Source of the DNA: an uncultured Candidatus Saccharibacteria bacterium
GTDB taxonomy: Bacteria; Patescibacteriota; Doudnabacteria; UBA920
DNA: 64,000 nucleotides
Direction of reading: 5' to 3'
NCBI GenBank assembly: GCA_964402965.1
Contig: CAYODY010000001.1
Span: forward strand, 72,002 to 136,001
Shown here piece after piece: positions 41,244-50,968 of this stretch. A program made the translations under genes and the position numbers. The notes beneath the pieces were generated by a model, which was given only the letters and a program-made list of their open reading frames with translations, made no database searches and was not told the DNA's origin. The stretch's first letter is position 1, and each line of letters starts with the position of its first letter.

Positions 41244-42371
41244 TTATGTCTTGCTAATTTGACGGACTTCAGATTGTTTAGAAATATTTAGCACTATTCC
41301 ACAGCCAGTTAAAGTGATCACTAGCGCGCTACTTCCATAGCTAAAAAATGGTAATGGAATTCCTGTCAGAGGTAGTAATCCTGTAATAGCCCCTATATTT
41401 ACAACAAAAGCTGAGCCAATTACTGCGATCACCCCAACAACTAGCATTTTACCAAATAAGTCGGGTGCTCGGTAGCTAATTTGTATGCCACGAAGCAAAA
41501 ATATCCCAAATAGGGCGATGATTATGAGAACTCGAATAAAACCAAGCTCTTCGGCCATTATAGCGAAAATAGAGTCATTAATTGCTTCAGGAAGGTATGA
41601 ATACTTCTGACGAGAATGACCGTAGCCATATCCAAACCATCCACCGCTACCTATCGCTATTATGGCTTGGTTAATTTGGTATCCAATACCTAAAGGATCT
41701 ACAGATCTATTTAAAAACGCTGTAATACGTTGTACTCGGTAAGGTTCAAGTTTAATTAGAGCTAGCAATGAAACTACAAATCCTAAACTTAGCCAACCAA
41801 AGTAGCGCAGTTGAATTCCACCAACAAACATCATAATAGCTGCAGTTAATGAAAGTGAAATCATTGTACCTAAGTCCGGTTGCCAAAGAATTAACAAACA
41901 GAACAATCCAATGATTACAACTGGTGGGAAAACAGACTGCATAAATCCTTTGTGATGACTTCTTTCGCTCATCCAGCCAGCCAAGTAAATTATCAAGGCT
42001 AATTTTGCCGCTTCAGATGGTTGAAACAGAATTGGTCCAATATGAATCCAGCGAGTTGCACCGTTAGCGCTAAAACCAATTCCAGGAAGTTTTACCATAA
42101 CTAATGCAACAAGAGTGGTAAGGAGAGCAATTGGAATCATTTTTTTCCAAAAATGATAGTCAATGCGTGAAGCAATATACATTCCAACTAATCCAAGACC
42201 AATACCATAAAAAAGTTGGTGAGAAAAATAGTAACTAGTGTAGCCAAAGTTTTTTTGTGACTCAACAGTAGAAGCTGACCAAAGCATAATTAAACCAGTC
42301 AGCAAAAGTGTCCCGAGTAGAATTAAGAATATGTAGTCAACTTTTTTCCTTGTCTTAGCCATGTTATTCAC
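41244..42371 (-). CDS. ftsW: SEDS family peptidoglycan polymerase FtsW
   Basis: GATRWI, FQPSE, QPDLG, YLPEA..D.IF, GIPLPFFSYG; follows murD. Confidence 0.93.
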   Translation of the reverse strand: MNNMAKTRKKVDYIFLILLGTLLLTGLIMLWSASTVESQKNFGYTSYYFSHQLFYGIGLGLVGMYIASRIDYHFWKKMIPIALLTTLVALVMVKLPGIGFSANGATRWIHIGPILFQPSEAAKLALIIYLAGWMSERSHHKGFMQSVFPPVVIIGLFCLLILWQPDLGTMISLSLTAAIMMFVGGIQLRYFGWLSLGFVVSLLALIKLEPYRVQRITAFLNRSVDPLGIGYQINQAIIAIGSGGWFGYGYGHSRQKYSYLPEAINDSIFAIMAEELGFIRVLIIIALFGIFLLRGIQISYRAPDLFGKMLVVGVIAVIGSAFVVNIGAITGLLPLTGIPLPFFSYGSSALVITLTGCGIVLNISKQSEVRQISKT

Positions 42372-43734
42372 TTACTAATTTTACAAATGTAGTTCCTCGT
42401 TCTGCGTAATTTTTAAACATATCAAACGATGCACTAGCAGGACTCAATAAAACAACATCTCCCTTTTTAGCACGATCTTTTGTTTCTTTAATAGCTAAAG
42501 CGAAGTCAGTGTAAGGACCGAATGTTGGAATACTGCTCGACTGCGCATCTAATAATTGTTTTATTGTATTACCTGTTTTTCCAAGCAGTGTAATGCTCGC
42601 TATATTTTTTCTGCTAATGAGATCTTTAACTAAATCGGTGTAATCTAGCCCTTTGTCGGATCCACCTAATAACAAATGCACTGGTTCAGTGAAAGAATTT
42701 AATGCCGCAATAGTAGTGTCAGGTACTGTTGAAATTGAATCATTGTAATACATTACTTCATTTTGTTCTCCTACCAATTGCAGTCTGTGTTCCAAACCTT
42801 TAAAATTTGTGACTGATTTAGTAATGTTCTCGGTAGAAATATCTAAAATAGATGCCGCAACAGTTGCTGCTGCGATGTTTTCCAAGTTATGAACGCCGCG
42901 CAGTGTTCTATTTGAGCAGTCAATAACTATATCCGCTTTAAATGGACTAGTTAAAATAATTTTTTCACCATCAATGTATGCTCCCTGAGTAGGTTTTGAT
43001 TTAGTTGAAAAAGTATATTTTTGTCCTAATCCTTGCTCCCCAATTTTTACAGATGCCTCGTGATCCGAATTGTAAATTACAAAATCATTTTGATTCTGAT
43101 GAGCACAGATAGATGCTTTTGCATTATGGTATTCATCTAAATTTTCATGGTGGTCTAGGTGGTCAGAAGTAACCATTAAGCAGATTCCTATATGTGGACT
43201 AATTGTAAGATCTTGTAATTGAAAACTAGAGAGTTCGTACACTACAAAGTCAGAAGCTTTTAACTCCGAAAGAAATTCCAATGGTTGAATTTTACCAATG
43301 TTTCCTGTTAAATAGGCGTGTCTAAAACTTGCTTTTAAACAGTCGTAAATAATAGAACTTGTAGTTCCTTTTCCTTTAGTACCAGTTATTCCAATGATAG
43401 TAGCAGGGCAGTTTTCAAAAAACCACTTTGTTTGGCTGGTAATAACTGAACCTTTCCTTTCCGCTTCTAGAATTTTTGGTTCATTGCGCCATACTCCAGG
43501 ACTTCTAAATAAAACTGTTGATTCTGAAATTGTATCTAAATAGTTTTCTCCTTGAACAATCGTTGTGTGATACTGGTGTGCGAATTGTTTGGTGTCTTCA
43601 GGAAGTTTGTCAAAATTTTTGTCGTAAACTGTAGCGCTGATTCCATTTTTTGCGAGGTAGTGCAAAACAGCTTGCCCTTCTTGGCCAAATCCTAAAATCC
43701 CAATTTTTTCACTTTTTAATTCAGCAATAGTCAT
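42364..43734 (-). CDS. murD: UDP-MurNAc-L-Ala:D-Glu ligase
   Basis: GITGTKGKGTT, ELSSFQL, DHLD, HRL, NDSIST, LLSPASASFD. Confidence 0.96.
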   Translation of the reverse strand: MTIAELKSEKIGILGFGQEGQAVLHYLAKNGISATVYDKNFDKLPEDTKQFAHQYHTTIVQGENYLDTISESTVLFRSPGVWRNEPKILEAERKGSVITSQTKWFFENCPATIIGITGTKGKGTTSSIIYDCLKASFRHAYLTGNIGKIQPLEFLSELKASDFVVYELSSFQLQDLTISPHIGICLMVTSDHLDHHENLDEYHNAKASICAHQNQNDFVIYNSDHEASVKIGEQGLGQKYTFSTKSKPTQGAYIDGEKIILTSPFKADIVIDCSNRTLRGVHNLENIAAATVAASILDISTENITKSVTNFKGLEHRLQLVGEQNEVMYYNDSISTVPDTTIAALNSFTEPVHLLLGGSDKGLDYTDLVKDLISRKNIASITLLGKTGNTIKQLLDAQSSSIPTFGPYTDFALAIKETKDRAKKGDVVLLSPASASFDMFKNYAERGTTFVKLVSE

Positions 43735-43735
43735 G

Positions 43736-45316
43736 TTACTCCCCTTTCTTTAAAAACACTCCGGAAAGTTCTTTAGACACAACTTTATTTGAAACTGCTA
43801 ATTTACCATTTACCCAAATATGACTAATACCATTAGCATATTGATATGGGTTTTCTATTGAAGATTGAGAATCAATTTTTTTAGGATCAAACAAAACTAG
43901 ATCTGCTTTAGCATCTATAGCAATCACTCCTCTGTCGCGTAATCCAACTTTTTTAGCAGGACCAGAAGTTAATTTGCGAATAGCTTCTGGAAGTGATATT
44001 GCTCGACTTTCTTCAACATCATGAAGGAACTTTGGCGCAGTGCCAAAACATCTTGGGTGCACCAACTTTTTGGTTGCATTTTTACTAGATTCAATCGCAT
44101 AACCACTTCCATTTGTTCCGACAAATGCAAGAGAATGATGAATCATACTATCTACAACTTCTTTGCTTAGACTGTTGTCGAAAACCAAAATTTCGCTACC
44201 GCCATTTTCAATTAAATGCAAAAGAGCTTCTTCGCTAGTTGTGCCAAAGCTTGCCGCTATGCTTGAAAGAGGTTTCCCCGTTGCCATTAGTTTAGAAGAT
44301 GTAGAAGCTATCAGTAGCTCAGGAATATTACTATCCGAAGTGTTTAAGGCAGTTAAAATTTTAATTCTCTGCGATGGATTTTTCAGTAATTCTAATAGGG
44401 TTTCGCGCCCACCCATTGTTGCCCAAGATGGTAAGTAGGTATATAGCGGTTGCCATGTTGAAGTGTATGGGTATAGGTCAAAGTGAATATTTGCACCACG
44501 ATGCCACGCCGCTTCTAATTCCGTAAGAACATCTGTGACTAATGGCCAGTTTTTCTTGTGACGAATTTTTAAATGCGAGATTTTAATGTTTGCTCCTGCT
44601 TGTTCTGCACTAGCTATTACTTCTCTAACGCTTTCAATAATTCCTTCAGCTTCATTTCTAAGATGAACTGCAATGTATGCATTGTGTTTAGCAACTATCT
44701 TTGCTAGCTCGAAGAGTTCGACTTCAGAAATATTCGCTTCGTGTGCATAAGCAAATCCTGTGGAGATACCAAAAGCGCCCTCGTTTAAAGCATCCTCAGC
44801 AAGTCGTTTTAGAGTATTTAATTCTTCAACAGAGACAGCACTTTGCCTATCTCCAATTAAACCTCTACGTAAAGTTGAGTAACCGACTAGACTCGCAACG
44901 TTTGTACCAAATTTAAGTTTAGACATGCTATCTGTGAATTCCGCAAAACTACGCCAGTTTATGTTTGAGCCTTCCATAGCGTGCCATTTTTGTAAGCTGA
45001 GTAAAGCTTGTGAGGAAACCAAAGGCGCTAAACTAGCACCAGAGTTACCAACCATAACTGTTGTATAGCCCTGAGTTAGAATGCTTTCTAAACCTGGACC
45101 ATCGAACAATCTCCAATGACTATCGCTGTGATTTTGAATGTCTATGAACCCTGGAGCTAAAACTTGTCCATTAGCTTGCACAACTTCCTTTGCAGGAGTA
45201 TTTATTTCTGGAGCAATATTAACAATGCGGTCTCCTTCAACCGCAACATCGGCGTGAATTGCTTGGCCGCCAGTACCATCTATAACTAAAGCTTTTTTAA
45301 TTAGCAGTGAGTACAT
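43736..45316 (-). CDS. N-acyl-D-amino-acid deacylase-like amidohydrolase with degenerate active site
   Basis: VIDGTG, APGFID, HLRNE, SHLK, HPR.FGT, ADLVLFD. Confidence 0.85.
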   Translation of the reverse strand: MYSLLIKKALVIDGTGGQAIHADVAVEGDRIVNIAPEINTPAKEVVQANGQVLAPGFIDIQNHSDSHWRLFDGPGLESILTQGYTTVMVGNSGASLAPLVSSQALLSLQKWHAMEGSNINWRSFAEFTDSMSKLKFGTNVASLVGYSTLRRGLIGDRQSAVSVEELNTLKRLAEDALNEGAFGISTGFAYAHEANISEVELFELAKIVAKHNAYIAVHLRNEAEGIIESVREVIASAEQAGANIKISHLKIRHKKNWPLVTDVLTELEAAWHRGANIHFDLYPYTSTWQPLYTYLPSWATMGGRETLLELLKNPSQRIKILTALNTSDSNIPELLIASTSSKLMATGKPLSSIAASFGTTSEEALLHLIENGGSEILVFDNSLSKEVVDSMIHHSLAFVGTNGSGYAIESSKNATKKLVHPRCFGTAPKFLHDVEESRAISLPEAIRKLTSGPAKKVGLRDRGVIAIDAKADLVLFDPKKIDSQSSIENPYQYANGISHIWVNGKLAVSNKVVSKELSGVFLKKGE

Positions 45317-46357
45317 TTATCTGTCTATAAAAAATATTATTACACCAATAATTCCTGCAACAACAGAAAGGATCCAAAAACGCATCGTTACTTTAGATTC
45401 TGGCCAACCTGATGCTTCTAAATGATGATGAATAGGAGCGGAGAGAAACAGTTTTCTTTTAAACAGTTTTCTCCAAATAATTTGAAGGAAAAAACTTAAT
45501 GCTTCAATCACAAATATAATACCGATGATAGGCAGAATAAAAACAGTATTGGTCAGAAAAGCAACTATTGCTAAGAGCACTCCTAAGCCCATTGAACCTG
45601 TGTCTCCCATAAAAAATCTAGCAGGATGAACGTTAAACCATAGAAACGCCAAGAGTGCACCACATATTACGCCTAATAAGGCTGCTAAATCTGTGCGTCC
45701 TTCCATGAATGCGATAATAGCGAAACAGAAAAATGCTATAGACAACGTTCCCCCAGCAAGACCATCTAGTCCATCTGTTTGGTTTACTGAGAAACTTGTT
45801 CCTACAACAACAGCTATGAAAAATGGAATGAAAAATAGACCCAAGTAAACATCGCCGTAGAAAGGGATGTGCATAGAGTCGAAACCTAACTTTACAAAGA
45901 ACCACCACGCACCAATACTTGCTACTATGGCATACAGAAATACTTTGAATCTGAAACGTAGTCCACGCCCTTTGTGACCCATGCCTTTAATGTCTAAAAG
46001 ATCATCAGCAAAACCAACTAATGCAGCGCCTAGCATGGCACCAAGTGGCAAAAGAGTTTCTTTTCTAGTTAGAAAGTTTAAAATATGGAATTGAGAAATA
46101 TCCAAAACTCTGTCCAATGTCCAAAAAACTAACATAACTATTACTGTTGTTCCCCAAACTAAAATCCCACCCATTGTTGGAGTACCTGCTTTTTTTGCGT
46201 GCATTGCAGTATACAAAGGTGTTGTACCATCCGAACGGATAGGCTTACCTAATTTGAAATGATAAAGCAATTGTGTAAGAAGAGGAGTCAACACAATTGC
46301 TACTAAAAAGGCTATCGAACTTAAGCTAAATATTTTAATTAAATCATCTGTTGGCAT
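45317..46357 (-). CDS. mraY: Phospho-MurNAc-pentapeptide transferase
   Basis: KAGTPTMGG, DD, N.TDGLDGLA, FMGDTGS, APIHHH; start set at MPTDD. Confidence 0.96.
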   Translation of the reverse strand: MPTDDLIKIFSLSSIAFLVAIVLTPLLTQLLYHFKLGKPIRSDGTTPLYTAMHAKKAGTPTMGGILVWGTTVIVMLVFWTLDRVLDISQFHILNFLTRKETLLPLGAMLGAALVGFADDLLDIKGMGHKGRGLRFRFKVFLYAIVASIGAWWFFVKLGFDSMHIPFYGDVYLGLFFIPFFIAVVVGTSFSVNQTDGLDGLAGGTLSIAFFCFAIIAFMEGRTDLAALLGVICGALLAFLWFNVHPARFFMGDTGSMGLGVLLAIVAFLTNTVFILPIIGIIFVIEALSFFLQIIWRKLFKRKLFLSAPIHHHLEASGWPESKVTMRFWILSVVAGIIGVIIFFIDR

Positions 46358-46380
46358 AACTTTATTATACCACAAATTCA

Positions 46381-47325
46381 TTAATTATTAGGTTCAGAGA
46401 GAGTTTTTAACGCTCGGGTTTTCAAAAGCTTTGTATCGTTCTCTCTATTTGAACTACCTAAGACAATAATTATCAAATTCTGTTGTTCGTGGACTACAGA
46501 TGTAATCATTGCACCCTTTGCTTCATCTGTATACCCTGTCTTTATTGCATGTATCTCAGGATCACCTGCTAATAATTTGTTAGTGGCTTTAACCGAGTAG
46601 CTCTGTCCATTTTCACTAACAAAAGAATACTGAAGTTTTCTATCTACTTTAGTAAAAATTGGCAATTTCTCTGTTTCATTAATTAGTAACAGCAAATCAC
46701 TTGCTGAAGAATAATTTTGTTCACTATCGAATCCAATTGGATTTTCATAGTGTGTTGAGGTCATGCCAAGTCTTTTTGCCTCTGAGTTCATCAATTCTTC
46801 CATTGGCACTTTTTTTAGAGAAGTAATGTACACACCTAGGGTTGCAGCTGCGTCATTCGCAGACCCAATTAAAATTGAATTGATTAAATCTTCAATTTTG
46901 ACCCTATCCCCAACCTTTAAACCTAAAACAGGGTTAATATTTAACGTGCCTGAAGATGTAACTGCCCAAATGTCATTCAGGTTACCATATTTTTGAACCA
47001 CATAAGCAGTCATTAATTTGGTTATGCTTGCAATTGCTAAAGGAGTTTTTGGATTTCTAGAAGCAATCACTTCTCCTGTATTTTTATCTATTACTAAATA
47101 GCTTTCTGCTTTAACTCCTTCACCTATAATATCTTTGCTTTCTGAATCATCAAATGTTTTTCCTGATTGTGTATTCGTTGAAGGGCTGATTTTCGGAATA
47201 TCTGGCTGGGTCATTTCTGGAGCTAGTGTAGGATTCGAAAATACAAAAATAACCATTCCAGTAACCAGAATAGCAATTACTCCAAACATTAAATTCTTCG
47301 ATATTTTCCTTACTTTTTTGCGCAT
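46381..47325 (-). CDS. D-alanyl-D-alanine carboxypeptidase (peptidase S11)
   Basis: SITK (SxxK), SAN (SxN) and KTG motifs. Confidence 0.92.
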   Translation of the reverse strand: MRKKVRKISKNLMFGVIAILVTGMVIFVFSNPTLAPEMTQPDIPKISPSTNTQSGKTFDDSESKDIIGEGVKAESYLVIDKNTGEVIASRNPKTPLAIASITKLMTAYVVQKYGNLNDIWAVTSSGTLNINPVLGLKVGDRVKIEDLINSILIGSANDAAATLGVYITSLKKVPMEELMNSEAKRLGMTSTHYENPIGFDSEQNYSSASDLLLLINETEKLPIFTKVDRKLQYSFVSENGQSYSVKATNKLLAGDPEIHAIKTGYTDEAKGAMITSVVHEQQNLIIIVLGSSNRENDTKLLKTRALKTLSEPNN

Positions 47326-47365
47326 TTAACTGTGTATTTACACTATCATTATAATCTAAATTTGA

Positions 47366-47395
47366 TTGACAATCTACCCTTAACTCGGTTAATAT
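47366..47395 (+). promoter_or_regulatory. Promoter for thioredoxin
   Basis: TTGACA, 18 nt spacer, TAATAT. Confidence 0.5.
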
Positions 47396-47430
47396 TACTT
47401 GGCAAGTATAAGTAAAGACAAAATATATAT

Positions 47431-47751
47431 ATGAAGGAAATTAAAGTTTCTCAAGATAATTTTGAACAGGAAGTACTAAAGTCCGATATCCCTGTTTTAG
47501 TTGATTTTTGGGCAGAATGGTGCGGTCCTTGTAAGATTGTTGGACCAATTCTATCAGAACTTTCTGTTGAATATGAAGGAAAGATGAAAATCGCTAAACT
47601 AAATGTTGACGATAATCCTGACCTTACTAGCCGTTACAACGTAATGAGTATTCCAACTATGAAGTTCTTCAAGGGTGGAGAAATTGTTGGAGAGCTTGTT
47701 GGTGCAGCACCAAAGAATATGATAGAAGCAGAAATGGCAAAACATATCTAA
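47431..47751 (+). CDS. trxA: Thioredoxin
   Basis: VDFWAEWCGPCK, SIPT. Confidence 0.97.
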   Translation: MKEIKVSQDNFEQEVLKSDIPVLVDFWAEWCGPCKIVGPILSELSVEYEGKMKIAKLNVDDNPDLTSRYNVMSIPTMKFFKGGEIVGELVGAAPKNMIEAEMAKHI

Positions 47752-47783
47752 AATACTTCTCAATACAGATTGATCATAAAACT

Positions 47784-47816
47784 AAAAGCACTTTGCGTGA
47801 AGCAAGGTGCTTTTTT
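47784..47816. terminator. Bidirectional terminator
   Basis: AAAAGCACTTTGC-GTGAA-GCAAGGTGCTTTTTT between convergent genes. Confidence 0.75.
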
Positions 47817-47823
47817 AAATAAA

Positions 47824-49728
47824 CTATAGTTGATGAGTTTCGCCTGGCTGAACTACAACTGAACTAGAATTTGAATTTGTCTGACTTGTTTGATTTGTCT
47901 GGGCGTTTTCTGTAATTGGACTTTGTTTAACTACTTCAGACACATCATTTGTAGCGTGGTTTGAATTAAAAGCTTCTTCAATCTTTTTGGTAATTTGTTG
48001 TGACTTCTCAGTTTGTAGACTCGCTGCAGACTCCCAAATTTTATGCTGGTTTGTTTTTTGGGGTTTGTTTGAATTATTTACATTCCTATTATTTGCACCG
48101 TTTTTATTAAAGGGTTTGAAATCTTGCTTTTTATCTGCTCTCTGAGCAGGTTTTGGTTCATGGTTTTGTTCAAATTTTTGTACTGGTTTTGAATCAGTTT
48201 TCTGAGTACGAACTTGTTGCATCCTGTCTTTAAAATCTGCAGATATTTTTATAGCAGGAGTTTGTGGTTCAGAAGCTTGAGATGATTCGTTATGATTCGA
48301 ATTTGCAGTTGTTTCGTTTAATAATTTCTCGGTTATTATTTCTGTTTTTTTCTCTTTTTGCGAAACTTCATTTCGTTCAGCAGCTTGAGCTTTTTCACTA
48401 CCACTAGCACTTTCTGCCGCTGCTTCGTGGAATTCTGCACCCATCCAACGGTTAATCTTGTCTTCTACTTCTGCCATCGGATTAGCATAGCGCTCACGAG
48501 AAACTTTGATAACCTTCTCTGCATTGCCAGTAAACCATGATTCATCAACTTGAATACTTGTTGCTGTGAATGGATCACTAGCCACACCGTTAATCATTAA
48601 CTTTAAAATCACATTGTATTTTGGAATGTTTACAATATCGTTTGGAGTAAAAGATGGTTCAAACTCTGTTTCTAAGTATTCAGCATCTGCAGCACCTACA
48701 CGAAACACAACCATTGTTCCAACGTTACCAAAAACCGCATCACGCATTTTTGTATTTCCTTCTGGGACTAATTGGCCAATGTATTGGTGGCCCATCGTTA
48801 GGTTTAAACGATATTTTCTGGCTTCACTAAGAATAGTAGCAAAGGAATCAGTTACAAAGTTTTGGAACTCATCTACGTATAAATAAAAGTCTTTACGTTC
48901 TTTTTCTGGTATATCTACTCGAGACAAAGCAGCAAGTTGAAGTTTAGTAATAATCATTGCACCAAGTAATGCAGAGTTATCTTCTCCGACTTTACCTTTT
49001 GACAAATCTAGCAGTAGGATTTTTTGTCCATCCATAATTTCTCTTAAATCTATAGTAGATTTTGGTTGTCCTACAATGTTACGAATAACTGCTGATGACA
49101 AAAATTGCCCAACTTTATTTTGGATAGGCGCAACAGCTTCTGTTCGGTATTTTTCCGCATAGTTTGCAAATTCTTCCATCCAGAAAGCTTTCACCATAGG
49201 GTCTTTAACAGCATCAACAATTTTCTTTCTATATTTTTTATCTACGTACATACGGACAATACCTAGCATGGTATTTCCTGGACTGTCTAGTAAAGCAAGA
49301 ATTGTATTGTTTAAGATGTATTCCATACGACTAGACCACATGCTCGCCCAAATTTTAGTGAAAACACCCATTAAACCAGAAGCAACCAAATGTTTGTATT
49401 TGGTATCTACGGCTTCTAAGATATTAAAAGCGATTGGATGATCTAAGTCAGCAGGATTGAAATATACTACATCATTAATTCGTTCATTTGGAACAAAATC
49501 TAAAATTTTACGAATTGAGTCACCATGTGGATCAATAAAACAAACACCTTGGCCATTTCGAATATCTTGAATTGCCATGTTTTCCATCATGGTTGTTTTT
49601 CCCATACCGGTTTTTCCAATTAGGTACATATGACGACGACGGTCATCTGTTTTAATACCAAAAGGAACTTGCCTATTACGGAAGCTTGTTTTTGCAAAGT
49701 AGTTAATTCTGTTTTCGTGTTCTATCAT
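47824..49728 (-). CDS. VirB4/TraG/HerA-like P-loop ATPase with a disordered C-terminal tail
   Basis: DDRRRHMYLIGKTGMGKT, IDPHGD, YVDEFQNF, SEARKY, HQYIGQL. Confidence 0.88.
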   Translation of the reverse strand: MIEHENRINYFAKTSFRNRQVPFGIKTDDRRRHMYLIGKTGMGKTTMMENMAIQDIRNGQGVCFIDPHGDSIRKILDFVPNERINDVVYFNPADLDHPIAFNILEAVDTKYKHLVASGLMGVFTKIWASMWSSRMEYILNNTILALLDSPGNTMLGIVRMYVDKKYRKKIVDAVKDPMVKAFWMEEFANYAEKYRTEAVAPIQNKVGQFLSSAVIRNIVGQPKSTIDLREIMDGQKILLLDLSKGKVGEDNSALLGAMIITKLQLAALSRVDIPEKERKDFYLYVDEFQNFVTDSFATILSEARKYRLNLTMGHQYIGQLVPEGNTKMRDAVFGNVGTMVVFRVGAADAEYLETEFEPSFTPNDIVNIPKYNVILKLMINGVASDPFTATSIQVDESWFTGNAEKVIKVSRERYANPMAEVEDKINRWMGAEFHEAAAESASGSEKAQAAERNEVSQKEKKTEIITEKLLNETTANSNHNESSQASEPQTPAIKISADFKDRMQQVRTQKTDSKPVQKFEQNHEPKPAQRADKKQDFKPFNKNGANNRNVNNSNKPQKTNQHKIWESAASLQTEKSQQITKKIEEAFNSNHATNDVSEVVKQSPITENAQTNQTSQTNSNSSSVVVQPGETHQL

Positions 49729-49741
49729 GACTGGTTTTTAA

Positions 49742-50908
49742 TTAAATTGGCAAATTCGATGGCGGTTGAATTTTCTTAGCTTCTACAGATTCAACTGAAG
49801 GATTGACTATGTCTGAAGTAACAGGGAAATGGAATAGTGTTGCTAGTTCTTCTGAGTTAAGTATAAACGATGGATCACCAATCCACATAGTCCTAGCTTT
49901 GAAAGCTTTAAAAATATCTATTTTTCTTTGTCTCACCCAATAGTTAATATATGGCGCTTCTAAAGATGCAGAAATTCTATATTGTAGTTTAGGCGAAAAA
50001 GTAGGCCTAAAACCATTTAAATTAGTTGAGCTGAATATCTTCATAGGGCTAAGTAACATCTTTTTTGCGTCTGAATTAAAGACGTCTTTGCTACCCATGT
50101 GAAGTACTCTGATCTTTGTATCAAAGCAAGGTTTCCCTATTTTAGTTTTAATGCCTGTGATTTGAAGTTTGGTGATGTCATCCAACTGTTGGAAGTCTTT
50201 TTCTGCAGATAGTTTTTCAACAAGTTCTTTTCCTTCACTATTAAGCGCTCCGTCTGCAACTGGACGAATAATAATTTGTAGTGCATAAAACTCATTTTGG
50301 TCCAAACGAGTAAACACTTCTAATAAAGGAATTAGCGGATCCAAAACTTTCTCGCTGGCATCTGGACCTTTTAAACTAATGAATTCTTTGTAAGTGCGGA
50401 TTGGAATACTTTGCGGAGCGGTTAATGTAAATTCTGAACCGAATAAATCGTACTTGTTATCGTCTGGGTCATAATCAAAATGTGCTAAATAGTCTTCAAT
50501 TTCGTTAATTTCTATGTGAGGATAGTTTGCATAGAAAGACGCTTCAACAAGCTGTCTCTGTTTTTTAGGAACTCTCAGTACAAAAGAAATCGTACCTCCT
50601 AAGCTGACAATTTCCAACGATAGCCAAAACATAACTCTTCCTTCAAGGTATTTTTCTTGAGGACTCCAATTGTCAAAAAGCATGTGCAATTGGTGGAAAA
50701 TTTGTTCTGCGTTGGCATAGCTAGTTAAGTTTTCCTTCGGCGCTTTGATTTCCAAAAAGACCCATTCTATAGTTTGTTTGTAGTTTTCTTGGATTTCGTT
50801 CATGTACAACTTGTACAGTATGACAATGGCTAGAACAACAAAAACAGCCCATCCACCATGAGCTATTATCCACCATACAATATTTAGAATTTGAATTACT
50901 GAGTCCAT
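49742..50908 (-). CDS. Conserved membrane-anchored protein, likely partner of the ATPase
   Basis: N-terminal TM, LEIKAP, SLEI, PIRTY, ILNSEELATLFHFP. Confidence 0.8.
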   Translation of the reverse strand: MDSVIQILNIVWWIIAHGGWAVFVVLAIVILYKLYMNEIQENYKQTIEWVFLEIKAPKENLTSYANAEQIFHQLHMLFDNWSPQEKYLEGRVMFWLSLEIVSLGGTISFVLRVPKKQRQLVEASFYANYPHIEINEIEDYLAHFDYDPDDNKYDLFGSEFTLTAPQSIPIRTYKEFISLKGPDASEKVLDPLIPLLEVFTRLDQNEFYALQIIIRPVADGALNSEGKELVEKLSAEKDFQQLDDITKLQITGIKTKIGKPCFDTKIRVLHMGSKDVFNSDAKKMLLSPMKIFSSTNLNGFRPTFSPKLQYRISASLEAPYINYWVRQRKIDIFKAFKARTMWIGDPSFILNSEELATLFHFPVTSDIVNPSVESVEAKKIQPPSNLPI

Positions 50909-50968
50909 GAAATTTTCTTTTTGTTTTAATTTCTAGTCTAACGCGGAATTAAGAATTTAAATTAGATT

